From Patescibacteria group bacterium (GTDB taxonomy: Bacteria > Patescibacteriota > Patescibacteriia > Patescibacteriales > UBA12465), in the NCBI GenBank assembly GCA_041658665.1, contig JBAZZR010000001.1, forward strand, positions 576 through 64,575: DNA of 64,000 nt, written 5' to 3'. The notes below the pieces were generated by a model. The model ran no database searches, was not told where the DNA came from, and was given only the letters and a program-made list of their open reading frames with translations. Of the stretch, positions 36,424-45,620 are shown in pieces. Numbering within the stretch: the stretch's first letter is position 1; every line of letters begins with the position of its first letter. The translations under genes were made by a program, and so were the position numbers.

Positions 36424-37236
36424 ATGTGTATTTCCTCCTTGCTGCTCATTAATCAATTTGGTTGTGAGCTAAAACAAACAGTTCTGTCCGATTCAATAAA
36501 GAATGAGGTTGCGGCGGCGGTTTCTCATTGGACCGCTTGTCTAGCTAGCAGCTTAACCGAGGGACAGCCCTCGGTGATCGCGGCGAAATGTGTTTTAAGA
36601 TCCGGCTCAGTTGATATTTTGAATTTTCAAAAAGATCCAAAAAGTTTTATTTTGGTAAAAGAGTTGCATCCGTTAGCTAAATCTTTATTGAAGGGTCATT
36701 CGGAAAAACCGGCCAATAAGAAGAAGCTGTCTCGTAATGGGTCAGCGCTAGCGCCAGTCGGTTTCTTCAAGCCTAAACGTAACTCGAAGGGAAGTTCAAT
36801 AGTTAAATTTCCAGAAGAGTTTCGAACCGGCGATTATCGGGAACTTCCCTTTAATCAGGGCTTACGAGTTTCAGGGCCATTTAGTCAGGTCAGGATATTA
36901 CCGTCCGAAGAAACTTTAGCGATTCTAAAAAAGCATAGAATTAAAGGTGGTCCTCCCAATAAAAATACGGTGCAAGGTTTTAACGAACATAAGGTTAAAG
37001 GGATATCGACCAAACCGCAAATACTCCGGTATTTGAAAGAAGTCGAGGTTTACGGGCCTAAATTATATAAGTATGTTGAACCAGTTTTTTATGATGATGG
37101 ACGGGTTTTAATTCATAAGTTATATTGGGCCAAAACGCCCAATGGATACGTTTATATGGGTGGTTTATCCATTGCCAGCCAGAATATAAACGTATCATTG
37201 AATGATGATTGGGTTTCTATTGGCTTAATCCAATAG
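36424..37236 (+). CDS. Hypothetical protein (orphan)
   Basis: 270-aa ORF with GGAG Shine-Dalgarno; no family recognised. Confidence 0.55.
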   Translation: MCISSLLLINQFGCELKQTVLSDSIKNEVAAAVSHWTACLASSLTEGQPSVIAAKCVLRSGSVDILNFQKDPKSFILVKELHPLAKSLLKGHSEKPANKKKLSRNGSALAPVGFFKPKRNSKGSSIVKFPEEFRTGDYRELPFNQGLRVSGPFSQVRILPSEETLAILKKHRIKGGPPNKNTVQGFNEHKVKGISTKPQILRYLKEVEVYGPKLYKYVEPVFYDDGRVLIHKLYWAKTPNGYVYMGGLSIASQNINVSLNDDWVSIGLIQ

Positions 37237-37290
37237 GCCGATCATAATTCAAAAAAAGGGGGGAATTTATCATTCTCCTCTTTTTCTTTT

Positions 37291-37863
37291 TTATTTTTGG
37301 CTATTTTTTATTTGCTCAGCTATAAATTGAAAAATGGTTTTTATGTCTGGCCGACCGTCGATATTAATTAGTTTTTTTTGTTTTTTATAATATTCTAAAA
37401 TGGGTTCGGTCGCTTGACGATAAACTTGAAAACGCTTTCCAATAGTCCTAGTATTATCGTCCGATCGGCCGGAAGTTTTGCCGCGCAGTAATATTCGTTT
37501 AGCCGCCTCTGGTTCGCTCAATTTTAAATTAATAATTAAAGACAAGAATATTTTATTGGTTTGATAGAATTTATTTAAAGCTTTAGCCTGTTTAATAGTG
37601 CGCGGATAACCGTCGAAGATAAACCCCCGGCCGTTGAAATTTTTTTGTATGGCGCTCTCCATCATTTTAATAATTAAGGCGTCTGGCACTAATTTGCCGC
37701 TTGTTTGATAATTTTTAATTTTAGATCCTAATTCGCCGTTCTTGAGTTCTTGTCGTAAAATCTCCCCGCTGGATAAATGGGTTAATTTATATTTTTTAGC
37801 GATTAAAGCGGCCTGGGTTCCTTTGCCGGCTCCGGGCGGGCCAAAAATAATTAGATTGAGCAT
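37291..37863 (-). CDS. adk: Adenylate kinase (short LID form)
   Basis: P-loop GPPGAGKGTQA; GFIFDGYPRT; RSDDN. Confidence 0.93.
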   Translation of the reverse strand: MLNLIIFGPPGAGKGTQAALIAKKYKLTHLSSGEILRQELKNGELGSKIKNYQTSGKLVPDALIIKMMESAIQKNFNGRGFIFDGYPRTIKQAKALNKFYQTNKIFLSLIINLKLSEPEAAKRILLRGKTSGRSDDNTRTIGKRFQVYRQATEPILEYYKKQKKLINIDGRPDIKTIFQFIAEQIKNSQK

Positions 37864-37870
37864 ATTGTCG

Positions 37871-37946
37871 TGGTGCGCCCAGCAGGATTCGAACCTGCGA
37901 CCGTCTCCTTAAGAGGGAGCTGCTCTACCAGCTGAGCTATAGGCGC
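37871..37946 (-). tRNA. tRNA-Lys (anticodon CTT), CCA encoded
   Basis: Minus strand GCGCCTATAGCTCAGCTGGTAGAGCAGCTCCCTCTTAAGGAGACGGTCGCAGGTTCGAATCCTGCTGGGCGCACCA folds as a cloverleaf; anticodon loop CTCTTAA. Confidence 0.9.
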
Positions 37947-37981
37947 GTATTTATTAGTAATCGTATTTTAATCACCAAAAG

Positions 37982-38055
37982 TGGCGGGGGCGGGGCTCGA
38001 ACCCGCGACCTTAGCGTTATGAGTGCTACGCTCTAACCAGCTGAGCTACCCAGCC
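37982..38055 (-). tRNA. tRNA with CAT anticodon (elongator Met, or Ile2 if lysidine-modified)
   Basis: GGCTGGGTAGCTCAGCTGGTTAGAGCGTAGCACTCATAACGCTAAGGTCGCGGGTTCGAGCCCCGCCCCCGCCA. Cloverleaf with U4-C69 and A31-C39 mismatches. Confidence 0.8.
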
Positions 38056-38074
38056 ATTTCTTTTCAGCCTTTCG

Positions 38075-38148
38075 TGCGCCCAGCAGGATTCGAACCTACA
38101 ACCCCTTGGTCCGAAGCCAAGTACTCTATCCAGTTGAGCTATGGGCGC
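38075..38148 (-). tRNA. tRNA-Arg (anticodon TCG)
   Basis: GCGCCCATAGCTCAACTGGATAGAGTACTTGGCTTCGGACCAAGGGGTTGTAGGTTCGAATCCTGCTGGGCGCA; anticodon loop CTTCGGA. Confidence 0.9.
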
Positions 38149-38197
38149 TATAAGACACCCTGTTTAAAGGATAGTAATCCTCAAACGGGCACTCTAT

Positions 38198-38485
38198 TTA
38201 TCTTTTTCCCTTCAAAGCCTGTTTCAGATGATAACCGGTTTTGAATTTCGCGACCTTAACGGCCGGAATAGTAATTCGTTCACTTGGCTTTTGTGGGTTG
38301 ACGCCTCCACGAGCGTAGCGAACACGAGACAGAAAAGTACCGAAACCGGCGAGCGTGACTTCGCGGTCATTTTTCAGTTCTTCGATGACGGTTGTCGTTA
38401 AGACATCCAGCATCTTTTCCGCCTGTTTTTTGCTGAGACCCTCGACATCATTATGAATTTTGTCGATAAGTTGTGCCTTGTTCAT
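38198..38485 (-). CDS. hup: HU-family DNA-binding protein
   Basis: MNKAQLIDKI...LAGFGTF...R.GRNP-like arm (ARGGVNPQKPSERITIPA). Confidence 0.9.
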   Translation of the reverse strand: MNKAQLIDKIHNDVEGLSKKQAEKMLDVLTTTVIEELKNDREVTLAGFGTFLSRVRYARGGVNPQKPSERITIPAVKVAKFKTGYHLKQALKGKR

Positions 38486-38533
38486 ATTTTTATATTTAGC
38501 CTGACTAAAGCTTATTATAAATTTAATGATGAT

Positions 38534-40057
38534 TTAGCGAGCATATTCTGTGACCCGCATTTCTCTAATTACATTCACTTTTATCTCTCCTGGATATTTT
38601 AACTCATTTTCTATCTTTTTTGCAATATCCCTAGCCAAATTATAAGCTTTAAAGTCATCGATCTGATCTGGGTGCACAAAAACCCTGATTTCTCGGCCAG
38701 CTTGAATAGCGTAAACTTTTTCGATTCCTTCGAAGGTTAGAGCGATTTTTTCCAATTCTTCGAGGCGCTGTAAGTAGTTTTCGTGATTATTATCGCGGGC
38801 ACCGGGACGAGCAGAAGAAATAGCATCCGCTACTTTAACAATAACAGCAATCAAAGTCGAAGGTTTATCTTCATGATGAGTTTCAATTGGCGCGATTATT
38901 TCCGCGGGCAGATTAAATTTTTTAGCGATGTCGCGGCCGATTTCAGTATGATTACCTTGGACTTCATGATCAACCGCTTTGCCGATATCGTGAAATAAGC
39001 CGCCCTTTTTAGCGAGAGTAACATCGGCGCCTAATTCTTCGGCGAGCATCGCTGCAATATGAGCGACTTCAATAGAATGTTCTAAAACATTTTGACCGTA
39101 ACTTGTTCGGTATTTTAGACGCCCTAAAATTTGAATTAATTTTGGATCAAAGCCCGTGACGCCTACTTCGTATAGTGCCTCTTCACCCGCCTTTTTAATA
39201 TCTAAGACGATATCTTTTTTAGCATTCTCTACAGCGTCTTCAATTTTAGTGGGGTGTATCCGGCCGTCTTTAATTAAATAGTCTAAAGTTTTTTTAGCGA
39301 TATGACGGCGGATTAAAGAAAAACCCGAGACAGTAATAGCGTTAGGAGTATCATCGACAATTATTTCGACGCCAGTCATTTGTTCAATCGCTTTAATATT
39401 TCGGCCTTCTCGACCGATGATTCTGCCTTTCATTTCGTCGTTAGGCAAGTCGACAGTGGTCGTAGTCAGTTCGACAGTATAAGAAGAAACTAGGCGTTGC
39501 ATAGCTAACGCCATAATATCTTTAGCTTTTTCCGTTAAAGTTTCTTCAGAGTTATCTTCGAGTTTTCTCACTCGGACCATTAAATCTTCGGCATTTTTCT
39601 CTTCAACATCTTTTAAGATAAGATTTTTTGCTTCCTCCTTACTTAAATTAGATATTTGTTCTAATTTAGCCTCCTGCTCTTCTTTAATAGTTTTTATGCG
39701 TTCTTTAATTTCTTGGACTTCATTAACTTTGTCGTAGAGCTTCTGTTGTTTTTCTTGTAATTCTAAAAGTTTTTGGGAGAAAGCCGTTTCCCGTTGTTCT
39801 AATCTTTTTTGGAGATTGTTAATGTCATTACGACGCTCGCCCTCTTCTTTCTTAGATTCGTCGATGATTTTTAAAGCGCGGTCTTGAGCTTTGAGTAAAA
39901 GATCTTTTTCTTTAATTTTAGCTTCGCTGATTAATTTGTCCGCTTTTTCTGCGGCATTGCTGATCTTGGAGCTGGCTGATTTTTTATAGAATAAATAGCC
40001 AATAAAAAAACCACCTATCGCCAAAATCACGTACACTACGTAATTAAGGTATTCCAT
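38534..40057 (-). CDS. rny: Ribonuclease Y
   Basis: N-terminal TM helix, long coiled coil, KH domain (GRIIGREGRNI), HD domain (HSIEVA...LFHDIGKA). Confidence 0.93.
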   Translation of the reverse strand: MEYLNYVVYVILAIGGFFIGYLFYKKSASSKISNAAEKADKLISEAKIKEKDLLLKAQDRALKIIDESKKEEGERRNDINNLQKRLEQRETAFSQKLLELQEKQQKLYDKVNEVQEIKERIKTIKEEQEAKLEQISNLSKEEAKNLILKDVEEKNAEDLMVRVRKLEDNSEETLTEKAKDIMALAMQRLVSSYTVELTTTTVDLPNDEMKGRIIGREGRNIKAIEQMTGVEIIVDDTPNAITVSGFSLIRRHIAKKTLDYLIKDGRIHPTKIEDAVENAKKDIVLDIKKAGEEALYEVGVTGFDPKLIQILGRLKYRTSYGQNVLEHSIEVAHIAAMLAEELGADVTLAKKGGLFHDIGKAVDHEVQGNHTEIGRDIAKKFNLPAEIIAPIETHHEDKPSTLIAVIVKVADAISSARPGARDNNHENYLQRLEELEKIALTFEGIEKVYAIQAGREIRVFVHPDQIDDFKAYNLARDIAKKIENELKYPGEIKVNVIREMRVTEYAR

Positions 40058-40407
40058 ATAAAGATGGTCTGCTGAGGAATTAGTTAAAGTTAATATTAAA
40101 TTTTAAGAAAAACACACCGAAAATAAGCGATATTTATTTTAAAGATGGGGATTGTTTTGATTTTTTTGCTAATTTTAAGTTAAAAATCACTTGATACATA
40201 AACGATTAATCTATAAAATAAAGGGCTAATACTAACAAGAAACGGTGGCTATTCTTAGAATAACTCCTGAAAACAGACTTAGTTAATAAATGAATTATTG
40301 ATTATACTCTAGCAGGTAATCTAATCTTTGTAAAGTTTTTTTAATTGACTAAAGGGGAAAAATAAAGTAATATTAAAGCAAAGTACAAAGTAATTATTCG
40401 ATATTTT

Positions 40408-42381
40408 ATGAATATTACCGAACTAGCTCGGATTTTACGGATTTCGCCGCAAGAGCTGCGTGACTTATTGCCACAGCTCGGTTTTGCTATTGGGCAAAAA
40501 GCGATAAAAGTCGACAATAATACTGCAAAAAAAATTATTAAAGATTGGCCATATTTACGGCGCGAATGGGAACAAAAAAAAATAGCTGCGGAGATTAAGA
40601 AACAGGATGAGGTTTTACCTAAAGAGAGAAAAACTATTTCTGTGCCAAGAGTTTTGACGGTGCGCGCTTATGCCGAAATTGCCGGTATTCCGATTAATCG
40701 GATTTTGGCTGAACTAATGAAGAACGGGGTATTTACTTCAATTAATGAAAAAATTGATTTTGATACGGCCGTCATTATCGGTGAAAATTTAAATCTTGAT
40801 GTTCAGCCCGCCGAAGAGAAACTCGATAACAGCGAAAAAGAAGATAGGAAATTAGCCGATATTTTAGCTAACGAAGCGGACGGGGATTTAAAAGATCGGC
40901 CGCCAGTTATTGTCGTCATGGGACACGTTGATCACGGTAAGACTAAATTACTAGATTCTATTCGAGAAACTAATGTTATGGGCGGTGAAGCAGGGGGAAT
41001 TACGCAGCATATTGGTGCTTATCAGATAACGAGAAAAGGACGAGTCATTACTTTTATTGATACGCCAGGGCACGAAGCTTTTACGGCGATGCGGAGTCGA
41101 GGCGCTAAAGTGGCCGATATTGCGATTTTAGTCGTGGCGGCCGATGATGGCGTTAAACCACAGACGATCGAAGCTTTTCGAATAATTGAGGCCGCTAAAA
41201 TTCCTTATCTAGTCGCGATTAATAAAATTGATAAACCAGCGGCCGACGTCAATCGAACAAAGCAAGAATTATCAACGCAATTAAATATTTCTCCAGAAGA
41301 CTGGGGCGGAAAAATTATTTGTGCGCCAATTTCGGCTAAAGAAGGTACGGGGATTGAAGAATTATTAGATATGGTTCTTTTAGTCGCCGAGACGGAGGGG
41401 GCGAGTTTACGGGCTAATCCAGAGGCGGCAGCGGCCGGGACAGTAGTTGAATCAAATGTGGATAAGACGGCTGGACCGCTAGCGACTATTTTAGTTCAAA
41501 ATGGTACTTTGCGTATTGGTGATCAGCTTTGTTTTAATCAGGTTATTTATGGAAAAGTTAAATCTTTAAAAAATTATCAAGGGTTGGAAGTAGAATCAGC
41601 CGGTCCGTCTACGCCAGTTAAAATTTTAGGCCTAAAGATTTCGCCGGCCGTCGGTGATATTTTAACGGTTGGTGAAGGCGAGAAAGTTAAAGTTAAAAAG
41701 ATTAAAAGCGTTTCTAAGGCCAGTGATCTAGGCGCTTTAGCGAGTGATGATAATCCGGAGGATAAAACTCCGCGAGTTAATGTAGTTATTAAGGCTGATT
41801 TTTTGGGTTCGGCGGAGGCGATCGAAGAGTCTCTATTAAAGTTAAATGGCGAGAAAGTCAAAGTCAGAATTATTAGTAAAGGTTTGGGTTATATTACTGA
41901 GGGCGATATTAAGCGAGCGGAAGATTCCGGCGCTAAGGTTTTAGGTTTTAATGTCCGGATGTCTCCGGCGATTGAAAACTTAGTGCGCGAAAAGCAGGTG
42001 ACGGTTAAAAATTATTCGATTATTTATGATTTAATTAAATTTGTTAAAGACGAGATGCAACTTTTAGTTAAGCCAGAAATTAATCGGATTGAATTAGGAC
42101 GGTTGAAGGTCCTGGCCGTTTTTCGTACAGAAACTAATAGCCAAATTGTCGGCGGTAAGGTTTTAGACGGGATAATTAAAAATAATAGTTTAATTGATGT
42201 AAAACGCGGTGATAATTTTATTGTTTCGGGAAAATTGACCCGTTTACAGTCCGGCAAACAAGACGTCGAAATTGTTGAACAAGATATTGAGGCTGGTTTA
42301 AAATATGAAGGGAAGCCGGTTATTGAAGTCGGCGATATCTTAAATGTTTACCAGGAAGAAAGAATTGTTGATAAACTTTAA
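40408..42381 (+). CDS. infB: Translation initiation factor IF-2
   Basis: G domain [20 protein letters not shown]; C-terminal IF2 domains. Confidence 0.95.
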   Translation: MNITELARILRISPQELRDLLPQLGFAIGQKAIKVDNNTAKKIIKDWPYLRREWEQKKIAAEIKKQDEVLPKERKTISVPRVLTVRAYAEIAGIPINRILAELMKNGVFTSINEKIDFDTAVIIGENLNLDVQPAEEKLDNSEKEDRKLADILANEADGDLKDRPPVIVVMGHVDHGKTKLLDSIRETNVMGGEAGGITQHIGAYQITRKGRVITFIDTPGHEAFTAMRSRGAKVADIAILVVAADDGVKPQTIEAFRIIEAAKIPYLVAINKIDKPAADVNRTKQELSTQLNISPEDWGGKIICAPISAKEGTGIEELLDMVLLVAETEGASLRANPEAAAAGTVVESNVDKTAGPLATILVQNGTLRIGDQLCFNQVIYGKVKSLKNYQGLEVESAGPSTPVKILGLKISPAVGDILTVGEGEKVKVKKIKSVSKASDLGALASDDNPEDKTPRVNVVIKADFLGSAEAIEESLLKLNGEKVKVRIISKGLGYITEGDIKRAEDSGAKVLGFNVRMSPAIENLVREKQVTVKNYSIIYDLIKFVKDEMQLLVKPEINRIELGRLKVLAVFRTETNSQIVGGKVLDGIIKNNSLIDVKRGDNFIVSGKLTRLQSGKQDVEIVEQDIEAGLKYEGKPVIEVGDILNVYQEERIVDKL

Positions 42382-42382
42382 T

Positions 42383-42715
42383 ATGTCGAAATTATCTAGA
42401 ATCAATGAGCTTATTTTAGAGGAACTGGCGATCGTTGTTAATCGCGAAGTGGGTATTCCTAATACTTTAATCACCGTCACTTATGTCGAGTGTAGCCCTG
42501 ATTTAAAACAAGCGAAAGTTGGTATTTCTGTCTTGCCAGATGGTTTAGCGGGGACCGCTTTACGCAAGCTTAATACTTCAACCGGGCAGATTATTCCCTT
42601 ATTGCGATCTCGTTTAAAATTACGTAAATTACCGCATCTGATTTGGGAGTTTGACTCAACCGAAAGAGAGGCTCAGAAGATTGAAAAATTAATTGCGGAA
42701 GCTAACGAAAGTTAA
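42383..42715 (+). CDS. rbfA: Ribosome-binding factor A
   Basis: Typical RbfA N-terminus (RINELILEELAIVV) and the conserved infB-rbfA order. Start at the ATG at 42383, directly after the infB stop. Confidence 0.8.
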   Translation: MSKLSRINELILEELAIVVNREVGIPNTLITVTYVECSPDLKQAKVGISVLPDGLAGTALRKLNTSTGQIIPLLRSRLKLRKLPHLIWEFDSTEREAQKIEKLIAEANES

Positions 42716-42813
42716 AATTATAATAATTATCGGATTTTAGTCTAGGCTCTCTAAGAGGCTAGACTTTTTTGTTTTAGCAAGCTATAATAAGCGGTTATAT
42801 ATTTTATCAATCT

Positions 42814-43842
42814 ATGGATTTATTAGACTTAAACGCTAAATTTCAATTAGCCGGTGAAAAAATACGAGGCGCTAAGCGGCTGCTTATTATTGGGCATACT
42901 TCGCCTGATGCAGACGCTATCGCCTCAATGGGGGCTATGGTTGAGGTTGCTTCTAGCTTGGGCGTTCAATCGTATGCCTACGCCGATCGGAAAAAAGCGA
43001 ACAGTTATGATTACATTGCTCATGAAAAGTCGATTAAATCTGAACCGCCTGATGATTTAAGGGTTTTTGATATTATTTTAGTGTTAGACTGTGGTTCTAT
43101 TTCTCGCACAAACCTAGAAGCCCGGTTGCTGACTTTAATTAAGGCTAAAGAAGACGGGCATTTGTTGTCTCGTCCTTATATTATCGAATTTGATCATCAT
43201 GAGCCTCAGGATTCTTATGCCGACTTAGAGATTCGATTACCGGATAAGGCCTCTACGACAGAAATACTCTATCATTTTTTTAAAGCTAATTATTGGCCGA
43301 TTACTAAAACTTTAGCCAATTGTATTTTAATTGGTCTAATGACAGACACGGGGCATTTTTTACATGCTAATTCTTCACGGGAAGCTATTGCTGTTTCTTC
43401 AGAGATGCTGCTGCGAGGGGCGTCTTTAACAAAAATTATTAATCATACCGTGAATAACCGTAGTTTTTCCGCGCTAAAAGTTTGGGGCCGTATTTTAGAA
43501 AATTTATCTTTTAATCGAGAAACAGGCTTAGTTGCCTCGGGGTTAACGACTGTCGAATTAGACTCATTATTAGGGCCAAACCATCAGGATTCTTTATCTG
43601 ATTTATTTAACGACATGGTTTCTTTCATGTCTAATTTAAGCGGTTCGCGAGTCGCGCTACTTTTACGGGAGGAGGAGGGAAGAGTTAAGGGGAGTTTACG
43701 GACTAATAGTGAGGGCATTGATGTCGCTAAAATTGCTCATAATTGGGGGGGCGGCGGACACAAGAAAGCCGCCGGGTTTTCTGTTAAAGGAAAATTAATC
43801 AGAATAGATAATCATTGGAAGGTGCTTAAAGATCAAATTTAA
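42814..43842 (+). CDS. nrnA: DHH/DHHA1 phosphoesterase (NrnA-like oligoribonuclease/pAp phosphatase)
   Basis: GHTSPDADAIAS, DCGS, DHH and GGGGHKKAAG motifs. Confidence 0.8.
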   Translation: MDLLDLNAKFQLAGEKIRGAKRLLIIGHTSPDADAIASMGAMVEVASSLGVQSYAYADRKKANSYDYIAHEKSIKSEPPDDLRVFDIILVLDCGSISRTNLEARLLTLIKAKEDGHLLSRPYIIEFDHHEPQDSYADLEIRLPDKASTTEILYHFFKANYWPITKTLANCILIGLMTDTGHFLHANSSREAIAVSSEMLLRGASLTKIINHTVNNRSFSALKVWGRILENLSFNRETGLVASGLTTVELDSLLGPNHQDSLSDLFNDMVSFMSNLSGSRVALLLREEEGRVKGSLRTNSEGIDVAKIAHNWGGGGHKKAAGFSVKGKLIRIDNHWKVLKDQI

Positions 43843-43850
43843 AAAGTTTA

Positions 43851-43881
43851 AAAAAGTCTGGATTTTTAGCCAGACTTTTTT
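43851..43881. terminator. Bidirectional intrinsic terminator between convergent nrnA and trmD
   Basis: A-run, AGTCTGG-ATTTTTAG-CCAGACT hairpin, then T-run. Confidence 0.75.
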
Positions 43882-43882
43882 G

Positions 43883-44557
43883 TTAAGAGAGTTTTTTCTG
43901 TTGTTGATTTTGCCATTCTTTAATTTTTTGATGATTACCCGTCAGGAGTATTTTGGGGACCGGATATTTTTTACCCGCGGCCGTAAATATTTCCGGTCGA
44001 GTATACTGAGGATATTCTAAGAGGCCGATTTTAGAATGGGATTCCTCAAGCGGGCTAGCCACATTTCCTAAAACGCCAGGCAAGAGGCGAGTAATCGAAT
44101 CGATAATGGTTAGTGCCGGTAATTCGCCGCCCGTTAGAACATAATCACCGATTGATATTTCTTCATCTACAAATTTTTTAATTCTCGCATCCGCGCCTTC
44201 ATAACGACCACAGACGAAAATTATTTCTTCTAACTTAGAGTATTTTTGGGCGAGGGTTTGGGTCCACTTTTTCCCCGCCGCCGATAAGAGAATTACCTTT
44301 TTTTTAGTCGGTTTTATTTTTTTATTTAGTTTTTTTATACTCATTAAAGCTTTATAGAGGGGTTCAATTTTTAGAAGCATCCCGGCGCCGCCGCCGTAAG
44401 GCGCGTCGTCGACGGTTCGATGTTTATCATGAGTCCAGTCGCGGAGATTATGGGTTTTTATTTTGATAAGTTTTTTTTCTTGGGCCCGCTTAAGAATACT
44501 CTCAGTTACATAAGAGTCAAAAATAGCTGGAAAAATAGTTAGGAGATGAAAAGTCAT
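43883..44557 (-). CDS. trmD: tRNA (guanine37-N1)-methyltransferase TrmD
   Basis: LTIFP..F...ESILKRA...RTVDDAPYGGGAGM...GRYEG.D.R. Confidence 0.93.
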   Translation of the reverse strand: MTFHLLTIFPAIFDSYVTESILKRAQEKKLIKIKTHNLRDWTHDKHRTVDDAPYGGGAGMLLKIEPLYKALMSIKKLNKKIKPTKKKVILLSAAGKKWTQTLAQKYSKLEEIIFVCGRYEGADARIKKFVDEEISIGDYVLTGGELPALTIIDSITRLLPGVLGNVASPLEESHSKIGLLEYPQYTRPEIFTAAGKKYPVPKILLTGNHQKIKEWQNQQQKKLS

Positions 44558-44639
44558 AGTAATTTATAGTTCAAGATCATTATACCAAAAAAGTTCCATG
44601 ATGACACGGAACTTTTTTGTTTATGATAATTGTTGATGT

Positions 44640-44981
44640 TTAGATTTTTAAATCATCAATCGCGGAGGTATCGATATCATCACGACTCTCGGGACGAGAT
44701 TCGCTACGATGAACGCGGTTCATTCCTTCCGGGTCATAGATTTTTAAGTTAACACGAGAATTATTCTTAGCACCGATTATTTTTAATAAGGTGCGGATTG
44801 ACTGCGCAGTTTGACCCTTGCGGCCAATAACATAACCCATGTCTGACGGATTGGTTTTGAGGGTTAAAAGAACGCCTCTTTCATCAATCGTCCTGTCTAC
44901 GACTACATCGTTCGGATTGGCAACGATCGCTTTAACGACCATTTCCAGGAACTCTTTGTCTTGTTCTGCCATAGTTTTCAT
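44640..44981 (-). CDS. KH-domain RNA-binding protein (YlqC/UPF0109-like) with C-terminal extension
   Basis: VIGRKGQTAQSIRTLLK KH motif; conserved position between rpsP and trmD. Confidence 0.8.
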   Translation of the reverse strand: MKTMAEQDKEFLEMVVKAIVANPNDVVVDRTIDERGVLLTLKTNPSDMGYVIGRKGQTAQSIRTLLKIIGAKNNSRVNLKIYDPEGMNRVHRSESRPESRDDIDTSAIDDLKI

Positions 44982-45127
44982 TCGTCTTTCAACTTTTGAG
45001 AAGCTAAGCCCTTCAAAATAGAAAGAAATTTATTAAATAACGGCTGCATCGCAACCTTCTATATAATTATAGTTCTTTTCTTTAATTTGTCAATTTACTA
45101 ATTAGCGAATAGGGGGGTGGTTTTAAT

Positions 45128-45541
45128 TTAGACAGTCGCGCTTTCGGCCGGAACTTCTTCGACAATTTCACTAGGGGTTTCTTCTTTAGCTTCAACTACT
45201 GGAGCAGGAGCCGATTCACGAGCAGTTTTTTTGTCGGTTTTAGCTTTAATCTGTGCTAGGCGTTTCTCGCTTGGTTTTCCAGCGGTTTTAGGGGTTAATT
45301 TTTCTCCGGTAATTATTTTTTGTCCGACTAGTAAGTTGTTAATAGTCGCGGTCATTTGTGCTCCTTTAGATAGCCAATATTTAATTCTATCTTCTTTCAC
45401 GGCCAGTTCCTTAGAATGAGGATTGTAGGAGCCGAGGATTTCTAAAACATTACCGTATGGATCACGGCTTTTTTCAGAAATGATGACTCTAAACATCTTT
45501 TTATTGGTTTTTCCAGTCTTGGCTAATTTAATTGCTAGCAT
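45128..45541 (-). CDS. rpsP: 30S ribosomal protein S16 with C-terminal extension
   Basis: MLAIKLAKTGKTNKKMFRVIISEKSRDPYG...LGSYNP. Confidence 0.9.
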   Translation of the reverse strand: MLAIKLAKTGKTNKKMFRVIISEKSRDPYGNVLEILGSYNPHSKELAVKEDRIKYWLSKGAQMTATINNLLVGQKIITGEKLTPKTAGKPSEKRLAQIKAKTDKKTARESAPAPVVEAKEETPSEIVEEVPAESATV

Positions 45542-45620
45542 AATTTTATTCTTCGGTATTATTTATATGGGGAAATAATAGCTTAATATTAAATAAAAGT
45601 CAATAATTATCTAAGAGAGT

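Noticed and set aside
38023-38244. 73-aa plus-strand ORF
   Set aside because: It is read across the antisense of tRNA-Met and tRNA-Arg and into the hup 3' end, so it is an artefact of the tRNA cluster.
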